From a virus (lineage: Duplodnaviria > Caudoviricetes), in the IMG/VR virus record IMGVR_UViG_3300008107_000020: a stretch of DNA of 64,000 bases, one strand, 5' to 3'. This document shows, piece by piece, positions 1 to 9,814 of the stretch. Made by a program: the position numbers and the translations under genes. Under the pieces are notes generated by a model that worked only from the letters and a program-made list of their open reading frames with translations, ran no database searches and was not told the DNA's origin. Positions within the stretch are counted from its first letter, which is position 1, and the number at the start of each line of letters is the position of its first letter.

Positions 1-1
1 T

Positions 2-451
2 GGTAGTAATTATGGTGTTAATAAAAACGCTGATGCTTATATTGAATACCACCCAATGTTCATAAATAGGTTTTCTAAACCAGAACCAGAAAGCAATGAA
101 AAAGCGACAATTTTTTATGCGCCAAAAAAATGGGAAAAAATTGTTAAATTTAAAAAACCAGAAGAAATTGGTGACAAGCCGTACATACGTGGTTTTTATA
201 GCGGTTGGGATTCTTCGCCAAGAGCTAAGAATAGATCGGCTACTATTGATCTTTACAATGACCCAAAAACCTTTGAATTTTATTTAAAACAACAAATAGA
301 AAATGTTGTTGAAGATAACAACGAACCGTATAATTATTTATTTATTTTTGCCTGGAATGAGTGGGGTGAAGGTGCGGTAATTGAACCAAGTGATTTATAC
401 GGAAATCAATATTTACTTGCTATAAAAAATTCATTGAATGGCGTTAAATAA
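2..451 (+). CDS. WbsX-like glycosyltransferase / GH99-like domain protein, C-terminal part (5'-truncated by the window)
   Basis: Frame is open from position 2 (GSNYGVNKNADAYIEYHPMF...). Motifs GWDSSPR and FIFAWNEWGEGAVIEP match the WbsX-family C-terminus. Confidence 0.7.
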   Translation, partial: GSNYGVNKNADAYIEYHPMFINRFSKPEPESNEKATIFYAPKKWEKIVKFKKPEEIGDKPYIRGFYSGWDSSPRAKNRSATIDLYNDPKTFEFYLKQQIENVVEDNNEPYNYLFIFAWNEWGEGAVIEPSDLYGNQYLLAIKNSLNGVK

Positions 452-1079
452 AGTCTGCATAATATCATTAAAATATTTAGAACCGTATTGGGAGTCAACG
501 CAAAAAAATATAGTTGACTCGAAATTGCCAGTAATATACGTTGACAGGGGTGGTGTTGGCTCAATGACAACAGCTTTTAATAGTTGCATACCAAAATTAC
601 ACGAATTGTTTAATGATAATTTACCAGAATATTTGTTTTTTGTAACAAATAATAATTTTACATTAGATACTATTAATAGATTAGTTGAATCAATGGATAG
701 TACAGGTTTTGCTGCAATACACCCAACACATGATAGTGATCACCCATCTCATGTGAATAATAAATCTGGACAAGTTATTGAAACAAAATACATTGAGTGG
801 ACATCACCAATTGTTAGAACTGATTTGTTTTTAAAATATCCTTTAAATGAAAATTATCATTATTGGTTTTTTGATTTGGTTTGGAGTTTTGAAATCAAAA
901 AGCTTGGTTATAAAATTGGTGTCGATCATGGCGCTTTTGTTGATCACAGGTATCTTGTGAAAGATTTATCAAACCCAATATCCAAAAAAAGAAAAGAATT
1001 AAGAGACGCTAGAAATGCTATTGAATATCAAATACTAAATAAGGATTATGGTAATAATTGGCAATTAATTCTTATGTAA
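438..1079 (+). CDS. GT-A fold (GT2-like) glycosyltransferase
   Basis: C-terminal SPIVRTDLF..YPLNENYHYWFFDLVWSFEIKKLGYKIGVDHGAFVDH resembles the GT2 acceptor region; overlaps the upstream gene end. Confidence 0.55.
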   Translation: MALNKVCIISLKYLEPYWESTQKNIVDSKLPVIYVDRGGVGSMTTAFNSCIPKLHELFNDNLPEYLFFVTNNNFTLDTINRLVESMDSTGFAAIHPTHDSDHPSHVNNKSGQVIETKYIEWTSPIVRTDLFLKYPLNENYHYWFFDLVWSFEIKKLGYKIGVDHGAFVDHRYLVKDLSNPISKKRKELRDARNAIEYQILNKDYGNNWQLILM

Positions 1080-1089
1080 ATAAATTTAG

Positions 1090-1527
1090 ATGGAAGTAAC
1101 AAAAATATTAATTGATTTTGATGGTGTCTTAACGGATGGTAAGATATATTATACACACAATGGTGAACAGTTTAAAGGTACCAACACACGTGATGTTAGG
1201 GCTATTAGGGAATTAATATCATATGGATATGATGTTATTATATTAACTGCAAGTAGTTGGCCAGGTTCAGAAACTTTCGCCAAAAAAACGGGATCGGAGA
1301 TTGTTATATCAAAGGATAAAAAACTTTTTGCCGACCAGTTAAACGAAAAATTTATTGCTGTTGGTGATGATGTCTGGGATCTTGGTTTAATAGAAAAATC
1401 AGAAAGATTCTTCGCACCAAAAGATTGCGATAGGGCAATTCGTTATAGTAGTAATAAAATTGAAATACTTAACTGTAAAGGCGGTGAAGGCGTTATAGCC
1501 GAACTGGTATGGTTATTATGTAAATAA
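1090..1527 (+). CDS. KdsC/YrbI-like HAD phosphatase (Kdo-8-P / nonulosonate-9-P phosphatase family)
   Basis: HAD motif I LIDFDGVLTDG followed by GEQFKGTNTRD; motif IV AVGDDVWD; C-terminal KGGEGVIAEL typical of KdsC. Confidence 0.8.
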   Translation: MEVTKILIDFDGVLTDGKIYYTHNGEQFKGTNTRDVRAIRELISYGYDVIILTASSWPGSETFAKKTGSEIVISKDKKLFADQLNEKFIAVGDDVWDLGLIEKSERFFAPKDCDRAIRYSSNKIEILNCKGGEGVIAELVWLLCK

Positions 1528-1546
1528 ATAAAAACAAAAAAAATCT

Positions 1547-2311
1547 ATGAACACAAACAAAACAAAAACATCTTCTAGAAGAACAAGAAAAAAATTAACA
1601 CCTGAAGAGGAGTATGAAGCTTTTGAGGCTATTAACAGAGCGCATAGCGGCAACGTTCTTGATAAGATGAAAATTGACATCAAGTGTAAAACACAAAATC
1701 AAAAAAAATTAGTAACTGAAATAAAAAACAAAGAGATTGTTATTTGTTCTGGGTTACCAGGTACTGGTAAAACCTTCTTATCTTGCGCTGTAGCGCTAGA
1801 ACTCCTTAAGACTGACCCTAAATACCGAAAAATTGTTATCGTTAAATCTGTAACAACTTTGAAAGATGAGGAGATTGGGTTTTTAAAAGGTACTATGAAA
1901 GAAAAGATGGAACCATTTATGTACTCATTTATGCATAATTTTGAAAAAGTGGTTGGTAGACATAATGTCGAGCTTTTAAGGGCTAATAATATGATTGAGG
2001 AAATGCCTATTGCTTATATGAGAGGTATTAATATTGATAACTCAATCACAATTATTGACGAGGCCCAAAACATCTCAATTGATAATATTAGAACTATTAT
2101 GACCAGACTTGGTGAGAATTCTAAAATGATATTCTTGGGTGACGAGAATCAAATTGATATGAAAAAGAAGGGTGAAAGTTCTTTAAATTTCATTATCCAA
2201 AAATTTAGCGATTTTGACGAAGTTGGTACAATTACTTTGGGTGAGGATGATGTTGTTAGAAACCCGCTAATTAAAAAAATCGAAAAAATATTTAACGAAA
2301 GTAAAATGTAG
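1547..2311 (+). CDS. phoH: PhoH-family ATPase
   Basis: Walker A GLPGTGKT, EIGFLKGTMKEKMEP, YMRG, IIDEAQN, TRLGENSKMIFLGDENQID, DVVRNPLI. Confidence 0.92.
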   Translation: MNTNKTKTSSRRTRKKLTPEEEYEAFEAINRAHSGNVLDKMKIDIKCKTQNQKKLVTEIKNKEIVICSGLPGTGKTFLSCAVALELLKTDPKYRKIVIVKSVTTLKDEEIGFLKGTMKEKMEPFMYSFMHNFEKVVGRHNVELLRANNMIEEMPIAYMRGINIDNSITIIDEAQNISIDNIRTIMTRLGENSKMIFLGDENQIDMKKKGESSLNFIIQKFSDFDEVGTITLGEDDVVRNPLIKKIEKIFNESKM

Positions 2312-2363
2312 ACTTTATTTTAGGCTGAAACCATGTTATTTTTATACAAAAATAATCCATAAT

Positions 2364-2999
2364 ATGGTAATAGGTATTACGATAAATAACATTTTAAGAG
2401 AACACGTTAGTAAGTTAAAGGATTTATATGAATTTGAGTTTGAAAAAGAACCTATTTTACCTATAAATCCTTTTGACTTATCTAAATCATTCCCAGATAT
2501 TGAGGGTGAAACTGTTGACACAAATTTTGAAGTTGACAAAGAATTGGAGCTGTCCGAAAATAAAAAAGACACTTCTTTTAATTTAAGTAGATTCATGTAT
2601 GAAGATGCGTGTTTTGAAGTATTTGGCCGTGTTGAGGAGAGCCAACCTGGGATTATTAAACAGATATCCGATTTTTCAAATAAAAACAAAATAAAAATCG
2701 TTTTATTGAATAACGAGAGTCAAAGATCCAAATCAGCCACACTATTTTTTCTAAGTAAAAATTATTACAATCTTGAGCAAATAATCTTCCCAAGTAAGTG
2801 GAAAGATTTTTGGTCGCATTGCGATGTTTTGGTTACAGATAACCCTAAACTGTTAAAAACCAAACCAAAGGATAAAATATCGATAAAATACAAAAATGAT
2901 TTTAATGTTGACATTAAATCAGATTATACTATAATTAACATTGAAGAATTATTTAAAATCCTAAAAAAATTAAAGAAAGAACAAAATGGAAAAAACTAA
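2364..2999 (+). CDS. Hypothetical protein, degenerate HAD / 5'(3')-nucleotidase-like fold
   Basis: N-terminal VIGITINNILR and C-terminal DVLVTDNP line up with the HAD xIGIDIDGVL and DILIDDNP motifs, but the catalytic Asp residues are missing. Confidence 0.4.
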   Translation: MVIGITINNILREHVSKLKDLYEFEFEKEPILPINPFDLSKSFPDIEGETVDTNFEVDKELELSENKKDTSFNLSRFMYEDACFEVFGRVEESQPGIIKQISDFSNKNKIKIVLLNNESQRSKSATLFFLSKNYYNLEQIIFPSKWKDFWSHCDVLVTDNPKLLKTKPKDKISIKYKNDFNVDIKSDYTIINIEELFKILKKLKKEQNGKN

Positions 3000-4068
3000 C
3001 GAAATAGTTAAAAACATTGAATCAGCTATAAGTAAGATTCAAAACAAAGAACAAAAAATTGTTTTTTTGGTCCCAGACACTAAGGGTAATGCTAAATCAA
3101 GCGTTATTCACTTATATAAGCAAGCGTTAACACTTAAAAACTTAGGTTATAACGTTAGTATGCTACACGAAAAAAATGACTACATTAAAGTTGGGTCATG
3201 GTTAACGCCAGAATGCGATGAACTAGAGCATCTATCAATCGAAGATAACAATTTGGTTGTTGGTGCGTCAGATTTTATTATTGTACCAGAGGTGTACGGT
3301 AGTGTTTTTGAACAAATAAATAAAATGCCTTTAGAGAAAGTTATTTACGTACAATCATTTGATTACATGCTTGAAGCTTTTGCTCCTGGTAAATCTTGGG
3401 TTGATTTAGGTGCTGAGGAATGTATCACAACATCAAACACACTTAAAACAATGATTGAAGATACGGTTCCAGTTGAAGATGTTCAATTTATTGAACCAGC
3501 TATTTCAAACGAAACTTTCAATTTAAACGACAAACCGCAAAAACCTATTATTGCAATATATTGTCGTGAAGCTAGAAAAGCGGCTAAAATGATTAAGTCG
3601 TTTTACTTAAAATATCCAATCTACAGGTTTGTTTCTTTTAAAGATATGCACACAATGCCACAGGATACTTTTGCTAAGAACTTAAAGGAATGTTGTGTTT
3701 CTATATGGATTGATGATGACTCATCATTTGGTAGATACCCAGTTGAATCAATTAAATGTAATGTACCTGTTATCGGTAAAGTACCTAATATTATCCCAGA
3801 GTGGATGACAGATGAAAATGGGGTTTGGGTTTATGACGAAAATCAAATACCTGAAATTTTATCTAGTTACATTAAAAATTGGTTAGAAGATACTTTACCA
3901 GAAAATTTATTAAATGTGGCAAAAACTGTCGATGGTAGATATACTGAAGAGACTTTTGAAAAAAGTACTAAAGAGGTTTATGAATATCTTTTTAACAAGA
4001 AAATTTCAAAACTAGAAACAATAAAAGAAAATTTTAAAAAAGACCTAGAACAAAATGAACAAAACTAA
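2986..4068 (+). CDS. GT-B fold glycosyltransferase (GT4-like)
   Basis: C-terminal VSIWIDDDSSFGRYPVESIKCNVPVIG matches the E-x7-E-type GT-B motif; N-terminal Rossmann IVFLVP. Confidence 0.7.
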   Translation: MEKTNEIVKNIESAISKIQNKEQKIVFLVPDTKGNAKSSVIHLYKQALTLKNLGYNVSMLHEKNDYIKVGSWLTPECDELEHLSIEDNNLVVGASDFIIVPEVYGSVFEQINKMPLEKVIYVQSFDYMLEAFAPGKSWVDLGAEECITTSNTLKTMIEDTVPVEDVQFIEPAISNETFNLNDKPQKPIIAIYCREARKAAKMIKSFYLKYPIYRFVSFKDMHTMPQDTFAKNLKECCVSIWIDDDSSFGRYPVESIKCNVPVIGKVPNIIPEWMTDENGVWVYDENQIPEILSSYIKNWLEDTLPENLLNVAKTVDGRYTEETFEKSTKEVYEYLFNKKISKLETIKENFKKDLEQNEQN

Positions 4069-4885
4069 TTTAACCGTTATAATTCCCGTACACTCAGTTG
4101 CTGATATTGGGAAACAAAAATTTGATGATTTATTCGATATAGCTTTATCATCAATCAGTAGAAATGAAACCAAACCAGAAAAGGTATTAATTGTAAGATG
4201 TAATTGCGTTGAAGTTGACGCTAAGTTAGAATCAATGGATTTTTCAAAATACGATTTGAACGTTGAAGTCATAGCAAATGATGGGGATACCGACTATCAA
4301 AGTCAAATAAATTACGCAGCAAAGCATGTTGACACAGAATACATGTCGATCTTAGAGTTTGATGATGAGGTATCAAAAACATGGTATGGTAACGTTAAAA
4401 CACATATTGAAGCTTATCCAGAAGTTGATATGTTTTTACCTATTGTTAATGATGTTTCTGAAGATAACAGTTTTATAGGTTTATCAAATGAAGCTGTCTG
4501 GGCCTACAACTTTACCGAATCACTTGGTAATGTTGATTTAGAATGTTTATTGGAATACCCAAACATCAGTCTTTGTGGTATGGTTATTAAAACAGCTGTT
4601 TTTAACGAAATTAACGGGTTTAAACAAATTAAGTTAACATTTAATTATGAATTTTTGTTACGTTTTCATAAAAACGGACATAAATCAATGGTTATTCCAA
4701 AAATTGGTTACAAACATGTTAACATGAGACAAGAATCATTGTTCTGGTTATATAAAAACAGTGAAGCTGTTGAATATAAAATGGACCCTAAACAAGCTTT
4801 ATTTTGGATGGAAACCGCTAAAAAAGAATATTTGTTTAACGATGATAGGTATATAATATATGAGGAAAATGAAGTTAGTGAATAA
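4055..4885 (+). CDS. GT-A fold glycosyltransferase (GT2)
   Basis: LTVIIPVH start, YQSQINYAAKHVDTEYMSILEFDD (DxD-like), YEFLLR. Confidence 0.75.
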   Translation: MNKTNLTVIIPVHSVADIGKQKFDDLFDIALSSISRNETKPEKVLIVRCNCVEVDAKLESMDFSKYDLNVEVIANDGDTDYQSQINYAAKHVDTEYMSILEFDDEVSKTWYGNVKTHIEAYPEVDMFLPIVNDVSEDNSFIGLSNEAVWAYNFTESLGNVDLECLLEYPNISLCGMVIKTAVFNEINGFKQIKLTFNYEFLLRFHKNGHKSMVIPKIGYKHVNMRQESLFWLYKNSEAVEYKMDPKQALFWMETAKKEYLFNDDRYIIYEENEVSE

Positions 4886-5598
4886 TGGCAAGACAGAAAA
4901 AAGATCGCAACTACTATGGTGTAGACCAGGAAAAAGCGGTGATCATGTTTCTGGAAGCTAAAACGGTTGGTGAAAGAGAAAAAATTTATAGAGAATACTT
5001 ACAAGAACCTATCAATACCATGATAGAAAGTATTATCAGAACTTATAAATTATATAGACAATCATACGAATTCCACGATTTACATGCTGACACGCTGTCA
5101 TTCTTGATGACAAAATTTGATAAATTTAAACCTGAAAAGGGTAAAAGATCATTTTCGTACTTCGGTACAATATGTAAAAATTACCTTTTTGGTGAAATGG
5201 TCAAAGAATATAAGAAAAATACATCTATCGTTGACATTGATCAATCAGAGGGTGATATTTTAAAAAGAGATGAATTATTATATCGTATTGATAATGAAGA
5301 TCTTGACCTAACACTTTTTATTGAAACTTTAGCCAGCAATATAAAAGATGAATTGAAATCGGATGATTTAAGTGAGAACGAATTTAAAGTCGGCCATTCA
5401 CTGGTTAAAATACTTGAGGAGTGGCGTGAGCTATTTTCACAAGTTAATGACGGTAAAAACTCACCAAAATTCAATAAAAACCTAATATTATTATACATTC
5501 GTAATATGACTGGCCTAAATACTAAGGAAATTAGGAACAGTATGAAAAGATTTAAGTCATTATACCGTATTTTTAAGGATAATTATTTAGATGGTTGA
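4885..5598 (+). CDS. gp55: T4 gp55-like late-transcription sigma factor
   Basis: Region-2-like DTLSFLMTKFDKFKPEKGKRSFSYFGTICKNYL resembles the gp55 F.PEK...F.YFT.I motif; size 237 aa; start overlaps the upstream stop (TAATG). Confidence 0.7.
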   Translation: MARQKKDRNYYGVDQEKAVIMFLEAKTVGEREKIYREYLQEPINTMIESIIRTYKLYRQSYEFHDLHADTLSFLMTKFDKFKPEKGKRSFSYFGTICKNYLFGEMVKEYKKNTSIVDIDQSEGDILKRDELLYRIDNEDLDLTLFIETLASNIKDELKSDDLSENEFKVGHSLVKILEEWRELFSQVNDGKNSPKFNKNLILLYIRNMTGLNTKEIRNSMKRFKSLYRIFKDNYLDG

Positions 5599-5606
5599 TA
5601 TTTATA
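5599..5606 (+). promoter_or_regulatory. Candidate late promoter TATTTATA
   Basis: 16 nt before the ATG at 5623; same motif and spacing at five other genes. Confidence 0.6.
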
Positions 5607-5622
5607 TGAAATAACATTTATT

Positions 5623-6009
5623 ATGGTACCAAAAAAGAAAAAAGTTGACGTTTCAGAGGATAGCATGAAAGAGCTCATGCAAGAGACTTATAATGAAATT
5701 GTTGACGAAAGAAATAGAGCCTTAACAGCTTACAAAAAGTTTACAAAGGATATCAATGAAAATTCTGATATTGCTTTAGTTGGTAAAATTACGAATGATT
5801 TATTAAAAATAATCGATTCATCAATTGAAAAAAAACTAAGGTTAATCAAAATCCAAGGTGACATACTTTATAAATCTGGTAAACCATCCGATGCCGCTGG
5901 TGTTGGAAATATGACAATTACCGATGAGGATAGGAAATGGGCTGAGGATTTTATCAAAAAACAAGCAACTACAAGTGAATCGGATACGAACGAAAAAGAG
6001 TATGAATAA
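5623..6009 (+). CDS. Hypothetical helical protein (possible terminase small subunit)
   Basis: 128 aa, amphipathic helices, acidic tail, preceded by TATTTATA. The TerS idea rests only on size and character. Confidence 0.5.
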   Translation: MVPKKKKVDVSEDSMKELMQETYNEIVDERNRALTAYKKFTKDINENSDIALVGKITNDLLKIIDSSIEKKLRLIKIQGDILYKSGKPSDAAGVGNMTITDEDRKWAEDFIKKQATTSESDTNEKEYE

Positions 6010-6011
6010 TA

Positions 6012-7916
6012 ATGGGTTCACAAAGCGAAATATTCTCAAGATATAGATCATTAGTGGTTTCTAATAAACAGAAACCATACGCTACCGATGCGCAAAAAAA
6101 ATTAGATAAATTAGAATTTGTTGATTTTTTAATTGAACTAATCAAATCAACCAGGGGTCAAAAAGAATTTAAAAGTTTAATTCTAAAAGGTAGTTTATCC
6201 CAATTAAAAAAATTTGATGAAATCAACAAGGTTATTGTTGATAGTTTTATAGCAGCATTTGGTTGTGACAGTAATTTAATTATACCGCAAAAATATACAA
6301 CATTAGCGGTTGGTGGTATAGAAATAACCAAACAAGAAATTGACTCTTTTGGTTTATTGAATATTGATCCTGACACAAAAACAGGTAAATTAATGTATGA
6401 GGGTAATGATATTACCAAACATGCAAATTACTTTTTCAGTAAAGCACAAAATGCTATAAGTGACGCACCTTTAGTTTTAAAAAAGGGTAGTAGGGTTTTA
6501 TTCACACTATACGCAAAAGATTCATCAACGTTTGTTTTTAAATTTGGTGAATTTTACTCTAAAAAACAATTTTCAATTTTTTTAGAAGATTATTTATCCG
6601 TTGCAACACCAGTTTTTAATTTCCCTAATTTTATGGCCATATTAATGGACATATTAACTGGTTCATTATCAGTTAAAGCTAAACTAAATAAAAAAATAAT
6701 AGTTAAACAAAGTGCTTTAATTAAAGGTTTAAAAAAAATGTTTGGGTTCTGTAATGAGGATGATAATGAAAATCCTGATTCCTCAAACAAATCTTTTTTA
6801 GATAAAGAGTTTAATCCAGCTGACGCACAAAAAAATGGCGAAGATGGCGGTGTTTTAAATAATGACGCTGATTTTGATAACGTATTTAACTTTAATAAAA
6901 AGGAGTTAGACGATATAGAGAATACTGGTAATCTTAGAGCCAATGGGTTTTTAAGATTTTCATCTTGTGGTAATCTTGATATTGCTATAAACCCAGATGA
7001 CATTATAAACTCATTAGAGGAGTTATTTAATAATAGTCAGGGTAATAAACTATTATTTCCTGATGAAAACCCACAAAATGTTGTACCGCAAGAAAATAAT
7101 CCTTTAATTGATAACTCAAAAAAAATACCAAATTTAGATCAAGCATCCGATGTTTTGGACAAAGCTTTAAAAAATGGTATCAATGATGTTGTTAATTCTG
7201 GTGAAATAGGTGTGTCACTTAATTTACCTAATATAAATGCCGAGATTCAATTAAATATATTAAAAGCAATACCATATGCGTTAATGCAAATGATTGCAAC
7301 ACCTAAATTACTGCTGGTGCCTAAACTATTTTTAGTTTTAAAAGGTGATAACACGAAAAAAACACCAGAAGAAATGATTTCTTTTATAAAACCATTAATT
7401 AAAAAAATTGGTAGCTTTATAACAGATTTATTAATTAAGAATATATTTAATTTAATAAAAAAGGATTTAATTGGTTTAGCTAAAAAAATCAGCGCTGATT
7501 TCTTAAAACAAAGAGGTCTTGATTATATATCATCACTAAAAAGTTTATTATCATTATTAAAAGCTTTAAAAGGTTTTAAAGTTGGTGGTTGCCAATCAAT
7601 AATAGAACAAATACTTCGTTTGTTAAAATTATTAAATGTGGCACCAATGCCACCAATGCCACCACCATTGGTATTATTGGGTGGTGCACTAAAACCTGGT
7701 TTAAATCAAATTGCTATGATTAATGATCTTAAATCTAATTTAAGTGAAAAAGGTATTGAAACAGCCGCAACTTTTCCAGACGGAACACCAAACCATCTTA
7801 TGATTGCTTTGGAAGAAAGTATGAAAGTTATGATTGGACATATAAAAACAAACGCAAAAATTGAAGTAACTACAGTTGGTGCTGGTTTTACAACAGGATT
7901 CGGACAAATACAGTAA
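6012..7916 (+). CDS. Hypothetical 634-aa protein, probably structural
   Basis: Long ORF tightly coupled in the late operon upstream of the baseplate-hub-like gene; no motif recognised. Confidence 0.6.
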   Translation: MGSQSEIFSRYRSLVVSNKQKPYATDAQKKLDKLEFVDFLIELIKSTRGQKEFKSLILKGSLSQLKKFDEINKVIVDSFIAAFGCDSNLIIPQKYTTLAVGGIEITKQEIDSFGLLNIDPDTKTGKLMYEGNDITKHANYFFSKAQNAISDAPLVLKKGSRVLFTLYAKDSSTFVFKFGEFYSKKQFSIFLEDYLSVATPVFNFPNFMAILMDILTGSLSVKAKLNKKIIVKQSALIKGLKKMFGFCNEDDNENPDSSNKSFLDKEFNPADAQKNGEDGGVLNNDADFDNVFNFNKKELDDIENTGNLRANGFLRFSSCGNLDIAINPDDIINSLEELFNNSQGNKLLFPDENPQNVVPQENNPLIDNSKKIPNLDQASDVLDKALKNGINDVVNSGEIGVSLNLPNINAEIQLNILKAIPYALMQMIATPKLLLVPKLFLVLKGDNTKKTPEEMISFIKPLIKKIGSFITDLLIKNIFNLIKKDLIGLAKKISADFLKQRGLDYISSLKSLLSLLKALKGFKVGGCQSIIEQILRLLKLLNVAPMPPMPPPLVLLGGALKPGLNQIAMINDLKSNLSEKGIETAATFPDGTPNHLMIALEESMKVMIGHIKTNAKIEVTTVGAGFTTGFGQIQ

Positions 7917-7919
7917 TAT

Positions 7920-8138
7920 ATGAATAACCCAAAACTAAAAGAAATTTTTGAAAACGTTGATAAAAAATCAAATAAAGATTTAGCAACATTATTAGTTGCC
8001 TTAAAAAATGATTTTGAGGACGTTAAAGAAACTGTTTTAAAATTAACAGCAACCATGGAAGAACTTGAGATTACATATGACAAAGTTTACAATGAATTAA
8101 AACAAAGATTAAAATTCGAAGATAAAAATGAAGGGTGA
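7920..8138 (+). CDS. Small coiled-coil hypothetical protein
   Basis: 72 aa heptad-like pattern; coupled to both neighbours. Confidence 0.6.
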   Translation: MNNPKLKEIFENVDKKSNKDLATLLVALKNDFEDVKETVLKLTATMEELEITYDKVYNELKQRLKFEDKNEG

Positions 8139-9801
8139 ATTTAGTTTAGGTATTTGTTTTAACAACAACGATCCATTGAATCATGGTAGAATTCTTGTGG
8201 CTCCGTATGAAGAATACAAGGGGCAAGTCTCGTACACGTCTATTGAGAATGCTATTGATCGTTTAAACATAGGGTCAACCAAATATACAAAATGGTCCGA
8301 TAGGGGTTCAGCTAACAATAAAACAGCCGATCCTTATATCGCCACCCCATTTTTACCTAACCAAATATCAGTAATACCAAAACCTGGTCAAGTTGTTAGA
8401 TTAATTAAATACGATGACGGTACTTTAAATTATATTGGGCCAGTAACGCAAAACCCAGTAACATTAAACACAACTTATTTCGAAGAAAATAGTAGACGAA
8501 AATTCCCAGTATCGGATGACATATCAAATAGTGTCAATGACGCTGTTTTTTCTGGTTACAATAATGAACAACTTTCTTTAGGTAACAATAGAATTTTATT
8601 AAGGTTAGACCATTTATCAAATCGTTCTAGAAAAAAAACTTACCCAATATTTCAAATATCAAAATTTACAAAAACCATAAACTATTCTGTTAAAGATGTT
8701 ACTGAAACTGTTAAACCAGACGTTTTTTTGGATTATATAGTAGAAATAACCTTTGATTATAAAAGAAAAGATGATTTTAATAGTAAAAACATTGTTTGTA
8801 GTATTAATTTATACAATACTTTAGAAATTGTAACTAGTAAGCAAAGTAATCAATCGACAGTTGTTAGAGGTTTAATGAAAAAAGATTATAACAGATTCCA
8901 AGATTACACATCAGGTTTAAATTATAACCAATATACTGTTAGTCATACATTAGAATTCAATGATATCGAATCAATGGATAAAGCTATCGAAGATATAATA
9001 TCTTCGTACAAGACAAAAAAAATTAAATATTACAACCCACAATTAGTTGGTACTCAAAAAATTGAAACCGCAGCTAATACAATTGTTTTAAGTAATAGAA
9101 TACCATCTAAAGCCAATAATTCTGGTGCTAATCACGACACACCAGATGAGGTTGCTGATTTAAAAAACTTTGTTATTAGAATAAACCCAACGAGCAGGGA
9201 TTTATACACTAATCCAAGCGCTGACTTACAGAATAAACTTAACATACCAGCAACTCAGCCAGTTGATACAACATCATTGAATTATATTAGGTTTAATGAA
9301 TTTAACAATTTTATACGTAAAATTAAAAAATATAACAATGAAAGATTTTTGGGTGATCAGGAACTACAAACACCTATTACAACAACAAGCAAAAAAACTC
9401 AACAAAATTTAAATGATAAAGAAGTTACTGTAAATGTTAACTATTCCGATAAATTTTTGTTTTTAAGCAGTATTAACTCAGTAGATTATCTTGAAAATGC
9501 CAGGGAAGGGATGAGTAATGAAACCGTTTCAAAATTTTTATCAAATTTAACTGTAGATGATTCAGGTAGAAGTTACCAAACATATGGCTTCATTAGGGGA
9601 GAAAAAGTTCTCGAGCTTTTAGACCAGATACTGTCTATTTTCTTGTCTCACGGACATTCTATTGGGCAATCTGAGGGTTCTTTAAGTAAAAACGCTGTTG
9701 AATTAATCAAAAATTTGAGGGGTGATATTGCTCAAGAAATAAACGGAAATACAACAAATTCAACAACAAAGATAATTAATCATAACTTACGTCTTAATTA
9801 A
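8128..9801 (+). CDS. Baseplate hub/spike protein with gp5/VgrG-like N-terminal OB fold
   Basis: N-terminal GICFNNNDPLNHGRILV...ATPFLP...IPKPGQVV matches the gp5 OB pattern; C-terminal GEKVLELLDQILSIFLSHGH resembles spike-type H-x-H ends. Confidence 0.6.
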   Translation: MKGEFSLGICFNNNDPLNHGRILVAPYEEYKGQVSYTSIENAIDRLNIGSTKYTKWSDRGSANNKTADPYIATPFLPNQISVIPKPGQVVRLIKYDDGTLNYIGPVTQNPVTLNTTYFEENSRRKFPVSDDISNSVNDAVFSGYNNEQLSLGNNRILLRLDHLSNRSRKKTYPIFQISKFTKTINYSVKDVTETVKPDVFLDYIVEITFDYKRKDDFNSKNIVCSINLYNTLEIVTSKQSNQSTVVRGLMKKDYNRFQDYTSGLNYNQYTVSHTLEFNDIESMDKAIEDIISSYKTKKIKYYNPQLVGTQKIETAANTIVLSNRIPSKANNSGANHDTPDEVADLKNFVIRINPTSRDLYTNPSADLQNKLNIPATQPVDTTSLNYIRFNEFNNFIRKIKKYNNERFLGDQELQTPITTTSKKTQQNLNDKEVTVNVNYSDKFLFLSSINSVDYLENAREGMSNETVSKFLSNLTVDDSGRSYQTYGFIRGEKVLELLDQILSIFLSHGHSIGQSEGSLSKNAVELIKNLRGDIAQEINGNTTNSTTKIINHNLRLN

Positions 9802-9814
9802 AATATTTATTACT

